DNA of 56,134 nucleotides from positions 1 through 56,134 of the forward strand of contig JAGBQS010000051.1 in the NCBI GenBank assembly GCA_017632695.1. The letters are read 5' to 3'. The DNA comes from Bacteroidales bacterium. GTDB lineage: Bacteria > Bacteroidota > Bacteroidia > Bacteroidales > UBA3663. A program made the translations under genes and the position numbers. The notes below the pieces were generated by a model. That model was not told where the DNA came from. It ran no database searches and worked only from the letters and a program-made list of their open reading frames with translations. This document shows positions 33,939 through 44,049 of this stretch, in pieces; position 1 is the stretch's first letter, and every line of letters begins with the position of its first letter.

Positions 33939-36785
33939 ATGAAACTTGAAGGAAAGGCGAATCTTCGCAGTATGTTCCTGAGGTCAGTTCCGGCGGCAGC
34001 TTTGCTCCTTATCGGGGCAGGCAGTTGTTCTGATGACTTCGATTCATACTACGAACGTCCAAGTTGGCTGGAAAAACCAGCCTCAGAAGTGCTCTCTTCA
34101 CGAGGTGATTGCGAGCAGTATCTGAAACTTGTTGAGAAGACCCTTTATTCGAAGCAGTTGGAAGGATCGGGAAGTTATACCTTCTTTGTACCTACCGATG
34201 AAGCATTCAATGACTTCTTCTCCAACAACGAGTATGGCTGGCGATCGGTCGAGGATATTCCAGAAACCGATGCTGCAAACATTGTTTCGTATCTGATGCT
34301 CTATAATCAGTATCTTTGCGATTCCTTGGGTAATTATCATCCTACTACCAGCGAGCATCCCGAAGGAAGTGCTTTGAAGCATCAGACGCCTTCTTACCAG
34401 ATTCTTTCAAAAGAATACTATCAGGGTGATTCGGTTTATGCATACGATTATACGGGAAATTGGACAGAAACGTGGCACAATTACCGATATTTGCCGACCA
34501 TTTCCAATTCTTATCGGAAATCAAATCTGAAAGAATCGGATTATGGACTGATGTTCCCAGGTCGTACATTCTCAACATATGGAAATGTGGTAGATGCCCA
34601 GATTCTTGAATATACAAGCGGATCAGCCGACCTTTATTGTGAGAATGGAGTTGTTCATCTGATTAACAAAGTTGTGCTTCCGCTTAAGAATCTGGATGAC
34701 ATGATTACATCTTATCCGGAGTCCTCTACACTTCCGTCTTCTGCCCAAAATGGAGCATGGTCGGTGCTGAAGAAAACTTTGAATCATCGTATGGGTTCCG
34801 GAGACTATCAATTCTTAAGCTATACCGAATCGACGAATGCAACGCATTATTTCGAGAAAATGTATCCCAATACAAATCTCGACAATCTGCGTTTGCGTTT
34901 GTACAAAACCACTACTAATCCCTTTGCCCTGAATCTTGAGGCTTATACCGGAAGTGTGGATGGTGACGATACCTATAATTCAGGTGTAACATTCTTTGTT
35001 CCTACCCAGGAAGCACTCGAAAACTATATCGAAAACCGAATCCTTTCTTATGTTGATCATGCTGGCTGGAATACCGACCAGACATCGTTCGATAAAGCAT
35101 TTAATTCGGTAGCCGAAAATGTTCTTCCGACATTGTGGGGCAATTTGCAGGCTAACGGTATAATTTGGCCTTCTCAGTTCGCTACAGCTCACAATTCGCT
35201 TGGATATAATGAGTTTATCGACAGTAACGATTCTCTGACGTACAATTATTCAAAGAATGTCCAATCGTCCGGATTCGCTTCGAACGGTATGTATCATATT
35301 ATAGATTATGTACCAAAGACAGGTGCTTTCGAGGGAGTTGGCAGCCGTTTTGTGCTTGATCCTTCTTATGGAGTTGCAAACCTGACGTATTCCGAAACTT
35401 ATGCCAATTCTATTTATAGTCACATGTTATATTCACGTCTTTCGGGATATCCGCAAGTGAATTTCACTTTGATTCTGAACAGCGATAAGAATCTGGATTT
35501 GTGGTCGGGCGTCAACTATAACTCTGCCAATTCGGCTTATAGTGACCGGTATGATGCTACTGTTAGCACCAGTTCAACCTCTGCCAATACGGCAATTAAT
35601 GAGATGTCTCAGCGTAGCTTCATCGAACGGGATACGATTGATGCTCTTGATTTGGGCAAAGACGTGTTCGATGGTGCTTATGGTGGTTGGGGGTTCACCT
35701 CTAATTTCTTTGGCGATGTAATCCGTTATAAGAAGATTGATGGAACCGATAAGATTATGGTTCAGTCAATTTGGTCGATTGTGAATGATCCGACAGAAAC
35801 TCCTCTTTGGAATGCAACTGCAAACAGCAACGTTCCGGCTGGAATGCAGGCTTCGGAGCCAATGTCTGATTTTTATACAACTGTCGTTGAAGACGAATAT
35901 GCCGGGTATGTCAATGGTAAGGTATATAGAGTGGAAGAAGGTAGTGTCCCGCTTTCTTACGGCTATCTTGCCGGGACATACAATGGAATTAACGGTAGGA
36001 CATACCAGGATGATGATTACTACGGTATCAAGGCATATCTGGAATGGTATCTGCGTTGCGATTCTGCCCGTTATGCCCAAAATCCGTCGCTGCCTGCTAA
36101 TATGCGCCATTCTTTGTTCAAGGAGTATTGGGACTTTGCCTTCAATCGTGGTACCTACACCAATACGGTTGCGCGTTGGCGACAGGTGCCGGTAGCCACA
36201 TCTTTGCCAGAGTTTGGAACTAGCCGGTATACGATTCTGGTTCCGACAGACGAGGCGTTGGAGTTTGCTATATCAAAAGGTTATCTGAAAACCTGTAATG
36301 ATATGGCAACACTTAATCGACAGAACAAGGCTTTGAACTATCGTGATACCGTGTGCGCTTTTCTGAAAGCCTATCTGACCGTTACCGATGTTTATCCGGA
36401 CGATGGTGCTGCATATTTCTATAGCACCAATACGTGGGATTGCCCGTCGGTGAATCTGGTTAATGAATATCAGATTGGTACGTCCTACCAGCCGGTTTCC
36501 GACGAATATGAAGATTTCATGTCGGGAACCCAGCGTTTGTATATCCGAGTTTCGAAGACTGGCGAGAATCACAATCTTCGTTTCCTCGGGCGAGATTATG
36601 AAACCGGTAGATTTACCGCCTATCGTGCTATCAACGCTTCCAGTGAAGCAACTGATGAACATCCGTTCGACAATCAGGTGGTACGAGGCTTGGGCCAGAG
36701 CAACATTATTTGTCCTCGGGGTATCATTCATAGTTTGAATGGATACATCTTCTATAAGTTTGTTAGTAAAGAGTCACAACAGTAA
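33939..36785 (+). CDS. Multi-fasciclin (FAS1) domain surface lipoprotein
   Basis: 948 aa with lipobox GAGSC-SDDFDS. Three FAS1 H1-like motifs (YTFFVPTDEAFNDF, VTFFVPTQEALENYI, YTILVPTDEALEFAI) have matching H2-like motifs (NGVVHLINKVVLP, NGMYHIIDYVP, RGIIHSLNGYI). Confidence 0.8.
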   Translation: MKLEGKANLRSMFLRSVPAAALLLIGAGSCSDDFDSYYERPSWLEKPASEVLSSRGDCEQYLKLVEKTLYSKQLEGSGSYTFFVPTDEAFNDFFSNNEYGWRSVEDIPETDAANIVSYLMLYNQYLCDSLGNYHPTTSEHPEGSALKHQTPSYQILSKEYYQGDSVYAYDYTGNWTETWHNYRYLPTISNSYRKSNLKESDYGLMFPGRTFSTYGNVVDAQILEYTSGSADLYCENGVVHLINKVVLPLKNLDDMITSYPESSTLPSSAQNGAWSVLKKTLNHRMGSGDYQFLSYTESTNATHYFEKMYPNTNLDNLRLRLYKTTTNPFALNLEAYTGSVDGDDTYNSGVTFFVPTQEALENYIENRILSYVDHAGWNTDQTSFDKAFNSVAENVLPTLWGNLQANGIIWPSQFATAHNSLGYNEFIDSNDSLTYNYSKNVQSSGFASNGMYHIIDYVPKTGAFEGVGSRFVLDPSYGVANLTYSETYANSIYSHMLYSRLSGYPQVNFTLILNSDKNLDLWSGVNYNSANSAYSDRYDATVSTSSTSANTAINEMSQRSFIERDTIDALDLGKDVFDGAYGGWGFTSNFFGDVIRYKKIDGTDKIMVQSIWSIVNDPTETPLWNATANSNVPAGMQASEPMSDFYTTVVEDEYAGYVNGKVYRVEEGSVPLSYGYLAGTYNGINGRTYQDDDYYGIKAYLEWYLRCDSARYAQNPSLPANMRHSLFKEYWDFAFNRGTYTNTVARWRQVPVATSLPEFGTSRYTILVPTDEALEFAISKGYLKTCNDMATLNRQNKALNYRDTVCAFLKAYLTVTDVYPDDGAAYFYSTNTWDCPSVNLVNEYQIGTSYQPVSDEYEDFMSGTQRLYIRVSKTGENHNLRFLGRDYETGRFTAYRAINASSEATDEHPFDNQVVRGLGQSNIICPRGIIHSLNGYIFYKFVSKESQQ

Positions 36786-39700
36786 TGATTAAAACAGGAA
36801 ACAAAATGAAAACATTCACCAGAATCTTACTGTTCATACTTTTGAGCACTTTGTCTCTGCCGGCTATGGCACAGAAGACAATGATTCGAGGTACCATTAT
36901 GGATGGAACCTTCGACGAACCAATGGCTGGTGCCAACGTTGTATGGCAGAATAAGGACGGGCGAATCCTTACAGGAGCGCAAACCGACTTTAACGGTAAT
37001 TTCTCTTTGGCCGAAATGATACGTCCGGGCGATGTCCTGATTATTTCGTTTACGGGTTATAAGAAACAGACAATCTCAATTACTGCTTCCCAAACGGTCT
37101 ATAATGTAACGTTGGTAGAGGAGAACGTCCAGTTGAAGGATGTTGAAGTTACAGCCGTTCGTCGTCAGAATTCCGGTATGATGTCGATCGCAGAACGCGA
37201 TCTTACGACATCTGCCAAGAAAATCGATATGGCAGAACTTGAGGATCTGGCGGTAGCCGATGCTACTGATGCCCTTCAGGGTCGTGTAGCAGGTGTTGAT
37301 ATGGTCGCAACCTCTGGTGCCCCAGGTTCGGGTATGTCTATACGCGTGCGCGGTACCACTTCTATTAACGGTTCGTCTGAGCCGCTTGTTGTTGTCGACG
37401 GATTCCCATACGAAACCACGATTGACGATGATTTCGATTTCTCGACAGCCGATGAGGACGATTATGCAACCATGTTGAATATCGCACCTGATGATATCAA
37501 GGAGATTACGGTATTGAAAGATGCGGCTGCAACTGCAATCTATGGTTCTAAAGGTGCTAACGGCGTGCTTTTGATTACAACCAAGCGCGGTGCAGTAAGC
37601 AAACCGACAATCACCTATTCGTTCAAGGGCTCCATTACCACTCCGGGCGATGGTATTCCTATGCTGAATGGTGAGGAATACACCAACCTCATTATGGAGG
37701 AACTCTTCAATGCCGGCCGTGTATTCAATCCTCAGACCTATCCGCAGTTGGCCAACGATGGTAACAATCTTTACAATTATTACAACTATGGACAAAATAC
37801 CAATTGGTATAAGGAACTGACCCAAACCGGATTTGTTCAGGATCACTCCATCTCTATTTCGGGCGGTTCGCAGAAAGCTATGTACCGAGCTTCGTTTAAC
37901 TATTACGATAGCAAGGGTACTACCATAGGAGAGGGCTACCGCCGTTTGTCAAGCCGTGTGAATATCGACTATAACATTTCGGAAAAGTTGAAATTCTCGG
38001 CGTCGATGTCATATACCAACAGTAACACCGACAGAAACTATGTTACGGCTCTCAACAAGAACTACAACGTATTGTCGCAGGCATTTAACCGCGCTCCGAA
38101 CATGGGCGTTTACGAATATGACGAAGTAGGCAACCTGACCAATAATTATTTCACCCCTGCTACCGATTTGTCCGGAAGCTATTGGAACGGAGCTGTTACA
38201 AGTCCTTATAACCCGGTTGTTATGGCCAACGAAGGTTATTACAAGACTCGCGGCAATCGTGTTATTCCGAATCTTTCTTTGCAATACCGGCCGTTGACCT
38301 GGCTCCGCTATCAGTTAGAAGTAGGTTTGGATATTAATAACGAGAAGCAGAACGCATTCGTTCCACAGTCTGCAACAGGTCGTCCTTGGACTGAATCGAC
38401 CGTGAATGTAGCCTTGGACAAGGATAACGAGTCTTTTGCATTTCAGACATATAATAAGTTGTTCTTTACCCCCGACTTGGGCGAAAATCAGAACCTGCAG
38501 ATTGTGCTTGGTTTGAATACGTCCGATTCTCGTACTAAGAACCTTGCTGTTGGTACCAGCAATACGGCTTCTGTAGAATTGACCGACCCGTCGAACGGTG
38601 GTACGGTTGCCAACTCGACCACTTTCGGTTCGTCTTCAAGTGAAGTCCGTTCGGTGAATACCTTCGGACAGGTACAGTATTCTTTGCATGACCGGTATAT
38701 TTTTGGTGCCGCCCTGAGTTATGAAGGATCTTCAAAGTTCGGCGACGGTAACCGATGGGCATTGTTCCCGTCTGTATCTGGCCGTTGGCGTATTTCCGGA
38801 GAGCCGTTCATGAAAGATTTGGCAGAAAAGACTAAGCTCTCTGAATTCTCTTTACGATTCAGCTACGGTGAATCTGGTTCGTCCAGAGCGTTGGGCAACT
38901 ATGCATCGCAAGCAACTTACAATACCTATGCATACACTTATCTGAAACAGCAAGGTACTTATCAGACTGGTCTGGAGTTGAGTCAGTTGAAATGGGAGAG
39001 AACCAAGTCTTTCAATACAGGTGTCGATCTGGGCTTTATCGAAAATCGCATCAATGCCCACTTCGAGTGGTATTTCAAGAGTTCTGCCGATCTGGTTGTC
39101 AAGTCAAGGTTGATTCCAACCTCTACCGGTTTTGCCAATGCAGCATATCTGAATTATGCAGGTATGCAGAACAAGGGTTGGGAACTTGATTTCGATTTTG
39201 TTCCTTACCGTACTAAAGATTGGAATATCAAGGTTTCGGCAAACTTCGCCCGTAATGAAAACGAGCTGAAGGACGATCTGGAAACGTCAGGATCGTGGAC
39301 TTCCAATACCATCTCGGGTTATTATCCAACCCTTTTGGTTAAGGGACAGCCTTTAGGTTCATTCTATGGATACATTTACGAAGGCGTTTATCTGAACGAC
39401 GAACAGACGATTGCGGTTGATGCCAACGGTAACAAGATCATGACCTACAAGGATGGTAAGTTGCAATATGTACACATGCGTTTCAACTATACCAACGACA
39501 ACAGCTACACCTTCAAGGCTGGTGATGCAAAATATAAGGATGTGAACCACGATGGTAACATCAACGAGCAGGATGTTGTTTATCTCGGTAATGGTATGCC
39601 GTTGTTTACGGGCGGTTTCGGTATCAATGTCAAGTACAAGCAATGGACGCTGAATACCTTCTTCAACTTCCGTTACGGCAATGACATTGTCAATATTGCC

Positions 39701-40126
39701 AAGGCTTCTATGGAATCGATGCATTCTTTCAACAATCAGTCGACTTCCGTTCTGCGTCGGTGGAGACATGAGTATACCAACGAACAGATTGAGAATGGAG
39801 AAGTGCCGAGCGGTCTGCTGCCACGTGCTTACTATGGTTGGAATGCAACTTATAACTCTTTGGCATCAAGCCGGTATGTTGAGGACGGTTCGTTCCTGCG
39901 CTTCAAAACTGCCACACTCAGTTATTCGTTCCCGAAGAACCTGCTGAAGGGCACTTTTGTGAGCGATGCGAAGATTTATGTTCAGATGCAGAACATTTAT
40001 TGCTGGACAAAGTATACGGGTATGGATCCGGAAGTCTCGATTTCGAACGCCCAGAATCCGGGTTACGATACATCGAATACACCGCGTCCTCATGAGTATA
40101 CTCTTGGTATCAACGTCAAATTCTAA
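36785..40126 (+). CDS. SusC/RagA-family TonB-dependent transporter
   Basis: Motifs IRGTIMDGTFDEPMAGANVV, IRVRGTTSINGSSEPLVVVDGF and IKEITVLKDAAATAIYGSKGANGVLLITTKRG; the protein ends YTLGINVKF. The start is either 36785 (TAATG overlap) or, more likely, MKTFTRILL at 36806. Confidence 0.92.
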   Translation: MIKTGNKMKTFTRILLFILLSTLSLPAMAQKTMIRGTIMDGTFDEPMAGANVVWQNKDGRILTGAQTDFNGNFSLAEMIRPGDVLIISFTGYKKQTISITASQTVYNVTLVEENVQLKDVEVTAVRRQNSGMMSIAERDLTTSAKKIDMAELEDLAVADATDALQGRVAGVDMVATSGAPGSGMSIRVRGTTSINGSSEPLVVVDGFPYETTIDDDFDFSTADEDDYATMLNIAPDDIKEITVLKDAAATAIYGSKGANGVLLITTKRGAVSKPTITYSFKGSITTPGDGIPMLNGEEYTNLIMEELFNAGRVFNPQTYPQLANDGNNLYNYYNYGQNTNWYKELTQTGFVQDHSISISGGSQKAMYRASFNYYDSKGTTIGEGYRRLSSRVNIDYNISEKLKFSASMSYTNSNTDRNYVTALNKNYNVLSQAFNRAPNMGVYEYDEVGNLTNNYFTPATDLSGSYWNGAVTSPYNPVVMANEGYYKTRGNRVIPNLSLQYRPLTWLRYQLEVGLDINNEKQNAFVPQSATGRPWTESTVNVALDKDNESFAFQTYNKLFFTPDLGENQNLQIVLGLNTSDSRTKNLAVGTSNTASVELTDPSNGGTVANSTTFGSSSSEVRSVNTFGQVQYSLHDRYIFGAALSYEGSSKFGDGNRWALFPSVSGRWRISGEPFMKDLAEKTKLSEFSLRFSYGESGSSRALGNYASQATYNTYAYTYLKQQGTYQTGLELSQLKWERTKSFNTGVDLGFIENRINAHFEWYFKSSADLVVKSRLIPTSTGFANAAYLNYAGMQNKGWELDFDFVPYRTKDWNIKVSANFARNENELKDDLETSGSWTSNTISGYYPTLLVKGQPLGSFYGYIYEGVYLNDEQTIAVDANGNKIMTYKDGKLQYVHMRFNYTNDNSYTFKAGDAKYKDVNHDGNINEQDVVYLGNGMPLFTGGFGINVKYKQWTLNTFFNFRYGNDIVNIAKASMESMHSFNNQSTSVLRRWRHEYTNEQIENGEVPSGLLPRAYYGWNATYNSLASSRYVEDGSFLRFKTATLSYSFPKNLLKGTFVSDAKIYVQMQNIYCWTKYTGMDPEVSISNAQNPGYDTSNTPRPHEYTLGINVKF

Positions 40127-40131
40127 GCATT

Positions 40132-41898
40132 ATGATTATGAAATCAAAGATATATAAAATAGCTTCCGTTGCTCTTCTGGGCAGTTCGATGTTGATGTCC
40201 ACTTCTTGCAATGACTGGTTGGGCCTGTCACCGGAAAGCAGCGTTACTGCCACCGATTATTGGAAGACAGAATCGGATGTGGCAAGTGCCATGACAGGCA
40301 TCTACTGCTCGTGGGTCAATGCAACGAACCGCATCTTCATGCACGGTGAGATGCGTGCAGATTATCTGGCGCCGTATAATACAAACGATGCCTACACCAA
40401 TATCCGCGAGTGTAACATTGCCAGCACCAATACCTGGGTGGCTTGGCAGGCATACTACACGGTAATCAATAACTGTAACCTGTTGCTCGAAAAGTCCGAC
40501 GAGGCTCTGGCAGCCGATGCTTCGTTCAGCGCTACGGCTTGTGAACAGTATAAAGCGGCTGCCACAACGGTTCGCGCGCTGATGTATTTCTATTTGATTC
40601 GTGTCTACAAGGATGTGCCATATGTAACATGGGCATATTTCAGCGACGAAACGAATCGCAATTGCGCAGTTACCAAGCAGGCTGAGATTTTGGATGATCT
40701 GATCAGTCAGTTGGAGAAAATCGAAGCTGCCGGTTCGCTCCCTTATTCATACAGCAGTACGAATGTAGCGGCTAATAAGGGACAGGTTACCATGTATTTC
40801 CTGAAGACCCTTTTGGCCGATATGTATCGCTGGCAAGGTGCTTTGGCTACAGATAAAACTAAGTCGCAGACTGCTTACCAGAAGTGTGTCGACGAGTGTA
40901 ATTCGATTATTGCAAGCGGACAGTACACACTGATTCCGATTACCAAGCAGTTGCCGGCTGAGGCAGGTGTTGACCTGGAGGATGTCAGCAGCATGTTGTA
41001 TCAGGATCAGTTCTATCTGACAACTTCTGCCTCCGTGCAGGAAATGTTCAATGCTATCTATGTGACAGGTAACAGTAGCGAGAGTATTTTCGAACTGCAG
41101 ATTGATACCTATAGTGCAACTCCGTTCTATTCGATGCTGATTGCTTCCAACCGGCCTTATGTACCTAATTCCGATTTGCTGGACGAAAGTGTCTTCCTTG
41201 ACAGCGAGAAACTTCTGGGCAAGGTGAACGGATACGAAGATGTTCGCCGCTTGCTTAACAATCAGGGTAATGGCGGTTACTGCTGGAAGTATGCGGGTAT
41301 GGACATGAATGCTACTGTCTATTCGGCTGCATCTGAGTTCGAAAAGAATATCATGGTTTATCGTCTGGCAGAGGTTTATCTGATGAAGGCTGAGGCTTTG
41401 GTTCAGTTGGCTTGGGCTAACGACGAAGATCCTGCCCTCTTGTTGGAGGCATACAAGGCTGTATTCAAGGTTCGCGATCGTGCTTCGGCTGTTGAGACTA
41501 CCGATGTGACTGTTAATAATGCAGCATTCCAGGATGTATATTGGAATGAGCTTCGTAACGATCAGGATTTTACCATCGCCAAGGGTGATTTGACGTGTCA
41601 GTCAATGGAGCAGTTCGTTCTCGATGAGGAGGGACGTGAAATGGCATTCGAGGGTCGCCGATGGTTCGATGTTCTTCGTACCGCAGCGCGCAATTCGTAT
41701 GGAAAAGGCAGCTGCACCGGTGGCGGTATCAGCTATCTTCTGAACATCGTTACCTCTGCTACGACAATCACAAAGGCTTCGAGTGTGCGTTCGCGTTATA
41801 GTAATTATTACGAGTGCCATTACTTGCCCTATCCCAGGAACGATGTTAAGATGAATGCGTTGCTTGATCAGAAATCTGATTGGGAGATGGCAGAATAA
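40132..41898 (+). CDS. SusD/RagB-family surface lipoprotein
   Basis: 588 aa with lipobox MSTSC-NDW. SusD-like helices: VRALMYFYLIRVYKDVPYV, YRLAEVYLMKAEALVQL, EMAFEGRRWFDVLR. Confidence 0.9.
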   Translation: MIMKSKIYKIASVALLGSSMLMSTSCNDWLGLSPESSVTATDYWKTESDVASAMTGIYCSWVNATNRIFMHGEMRADYLAPYNTNDAYTNIRECNIASTNTWVAWQAYYTVINNCNLLLEKSDEALAADASFSATACEQYKAAATTVRALMYFYLIRVYKDVPYVTWAYFSDETNRNCAVTKQAEILDDLISQLEKIEAAGSLPYSYSSTNVAANKGQVTMYFLKTLLADMYRWQGALATDKTKSQTAYQKCVDECNSIIASGQYTLIPITKQLPAEAGVDLEDVSSMLYQDQFYLTTSASVQEMFNAIYVTGNSSESIFELQIDTYSATPFYSMLIASNRPYVPNSDLLDESVFLDSEKLLGKVNGYEDVRRLLNNQGNGGYCWKYAGMDMNATVYSAASEFEKNIMVYRLAEVYLMKAEALVQLAWANDEDPALLLEAYKAVFKVRDRASAVETTDVTVNNAAFQDVYWNELRNDQDFTIAKGDLTCQSMEQFVLDEEGREMAFEGRRWFDVLRTAARNSYGKGSCTGGGISYLLNIVTSATTITKASSVRSRYSNYYECHYLPYPRNDVKMNALLDQKSDWEMAE

Positions 41899-41915
41899 GT
41901 TAAGAGCTAGAATGT

Positions 41916-44036
41916 ATGACAGAACTGAAATCAAAATCTTTTACAGCAATGAAAAGGAATTTCATTAAATATATAATGTGTGCCTCGGTTGCAACTTCGA
42001 TGTTGGGATTCGTTTCATGCGATGACAATATGGAAGGTACCGACTGGGTGGCAAACAGCGCATTGCAGCTCGATGAATATATGGCAGCCAACGACTCGAC
42101 CTTGGGTCTATTCCTGGATATTGTCGATCATGCAGACATGCGTGGTATGGTGCATGCTTACGGACACTATACACTGTTTGTCCCGACAAACGAAGCAGTT
42201 TGCGAGTATTTGGGTGTTTCCGATGCCGTAGCTGCCGAAAATGCTATTCAGCAGCTTTCGTCCGACAGTGCCCGAAACATAGTTTGCTATCACATGTTGG
42301 AGGATACGCTTCATACCACCGATATGATTGATACTCGTCTGACGTATCCGAACATGTCGCAGGATTATCTGACATCTTCCTATGCAACCGGTTCGTATGT
42401 CATCAATCGTAATGCATTGATTACCGCTGGCGATATATCAACCGGTAATGGAGTGCTGCATGTCATTGATCATGTTTTGCACCGTCCGACTTATAGCGTC
42501 AAGGATGTTTTCACAAACATCGGTCTGTATGACTCAGAAGCAAAGGGTTATTCCATCATGACTGAAATCATGAAGGAGATTCTCGATTCTCTGGATCTTA
42601 AGTTGGAGGATATCGTTGGAACCGGGACAAAACTGACCTTCATGGTACAGCCGGATTCGGTGATGCAGGCGGAGAAGTTGACGACTCTTGATTTGGTTAA
42701 GGAACGCTTGGAGTTCTATAACACCAAGAATTACACCACCGAGACTTTGCTGAAGAACTGGATCGGTTATCATTTCATCAATGGCCGCTATTTCAAGGCC
42801 GACCTTACCAAGGGTCAGATGAACACTTTCACTTCGTTCCCTAAGACCGACAAAACCACTTCCGGTCAGGATACCATCATCAATGTGTCGAAGGTGATTA
42901 CTATTTCCTCCATTGGCGAGAAGATTTTCCTGAACCGTTACGAGTCGTTAGGCGAGAACGGTATTGAAGTTTCAACTATCGGTAATATGGTCGATTTCAC
43001 CTGTTCTAATGGTGTGATCCAGTCGTTGAATGGTGAGTTGGAGGTGATTGAACGTGCAGCTACCCGTATCAATTGGGATATGGCGGATCAGCCGGAAATC
43101 CGTTCCAACAAGGGATATCAGAAGGCAGGAACCACGCTCTATTTCTATTCAACCCTTTCGGCCGATGCCTCTTATTCTATTCCTACTGCCAACAGTGCAG
43201 GTTATGTTCCTACCGATCTTTCCATGATGAGCTGGTCGGGAAAGAACACTCCTAATGTGGAGTATAACTGTTCGTTTGTGCCGAAGTTAGGCGACATCAA
43301 CTTTGATGGGCACAATGTCCCAGAGTTTGTATATGGCGATAAACTGAACTTCCGAATGGCAACTCATGTGATGCAGTATCTGGAGATTCAGACTCCAACG
43401 CTGGTTGAGGGTAAGTACAAGGTTTGGCTGCGTTGGCGTCCTACCTACAAGAACTCAACAGGCGAAGGCTCTGTTAAGGTTTCGTTCCTGCAATCCGGTC
43501 AGGAAGATCAGGTGTTCGGAACTGCTGTATTGTCACAGATGGGCGCTGGTTCGTCAAGCCGCAACGACGATGAGCAGCAGTCGGCTAAGGGTTATTATCA
43601 GCCTCAGGCATACTTGCCATCCATGAAGTTTATGAATTGTCTTTTGCTGGCCACCATCGATGTGAAGTCGGAGGGCAGTCATGTACTACGACTGGAGGCA
43701 CTTGACGATAACAATGCCGGCTCCGGTGCTCGTGCCCAGTGGTTCGACATGCTCTACTTTATCCCAGTGGCCGATGATCAGGTGTATCCGCGTGTCATGA
43801 TTGACGGAAACGACGCCCGAATCTATCGCTATGATCGCGACGAGAACGGAGCCCTCAAGAAGGATGAAACCCGATATATTGATATCACCGGTTTTAATGC
43901 GAATTATCGTACCCATATCTTCCCGGGCGGTCAGTGTCCGGTTGTTGCCGGTACAGCCAATCCGGGAGAATGTCCTCAGACTTGGTGCATTAATCATGAT
44001 GATGATAAGTTTGATGCTTCTGGTAATCTAAAATAA
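41916..44036 (+). CDS. Fasciclin (FAS1) domain surface lipoprotein
   Basis: 706 aa with lipobox GFVSC-DDNMEG. Motifs: YTLFVPTNEAVCEYL, GNGVLHVIDHVLHRP and SNGVIQSLNGEL. The start may be MKRNF at 41949. Confidence 0.8.
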   Translation: MTELKSKSFTAMKRNFIKYIMCASVATSMLGFVSCDDNMEGTDWVANSALQLDEYMAANDSTLGLFLDIVDHADMRGMVHAYGHYTLFVPTNEAVCEYLGVSDAVAAENAIQQLSSDSARNIVCYHMLEDTLHTTDMIDTRLTYPNMSQDYLTSSYATGSYVINRNALITAGDISTGNGVLHVIDHVLHRPTYSVKDVFTNIGLYDSEAKGYSIMTEIMKEILDSLDLKLEDIVGTGTKLTFMVQPDSVMQAEKLTTLDLVKERLEFYNTKNYTTETLLKNWIGYHFINGRYFKADLTKGQMNTFTSFPKTDKTTSGQDTIINVSKVITISSIGEKIFLNRYESLGENGIEVSTIGNMVDFTCSNGVIQSLNGELEVIERAATRINWDMADQPEIRSNKGYQKAGTTLYFYSTLSADASYSIPTANSAGYVPTDLSMMSWSGKNTPNVEYNCSFVPKLGDINFDGHNVPEFVYGDKLNFRMATHVMQYLEIQTPTLVEGKYKVWLRWRPTYKNSTGEGSVKVSFLQSGQEDQVFGTAVLSQMGAGSSSRNDDEQQSAKGYYQPQAYLPSMKFMNCLLLATIDVKSEGSHVLRLEALDDNNAGSGARAQWFDMLYFIPVADDQVYPRVMIDGNDARIYRYDRDENGALKKDETRYIDITGFNANYRTHIFPGGQCPVVAGTANPGECPQTWCINHDDDKFDASGNLK

Positions 44037-44049
44037 TTAAATCACGACT

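Noticed and set aside
37076-37846. 256-aa minus-strand ORF inside the second SusC-like gene. Similar cases are 5155-5745, 25836-26372, 27317-27868, 36273-36731 and 45937-46446.
   Set aside because: All are shadow ORFs antisense to well-supported genes. None has a start context or family resemblance.
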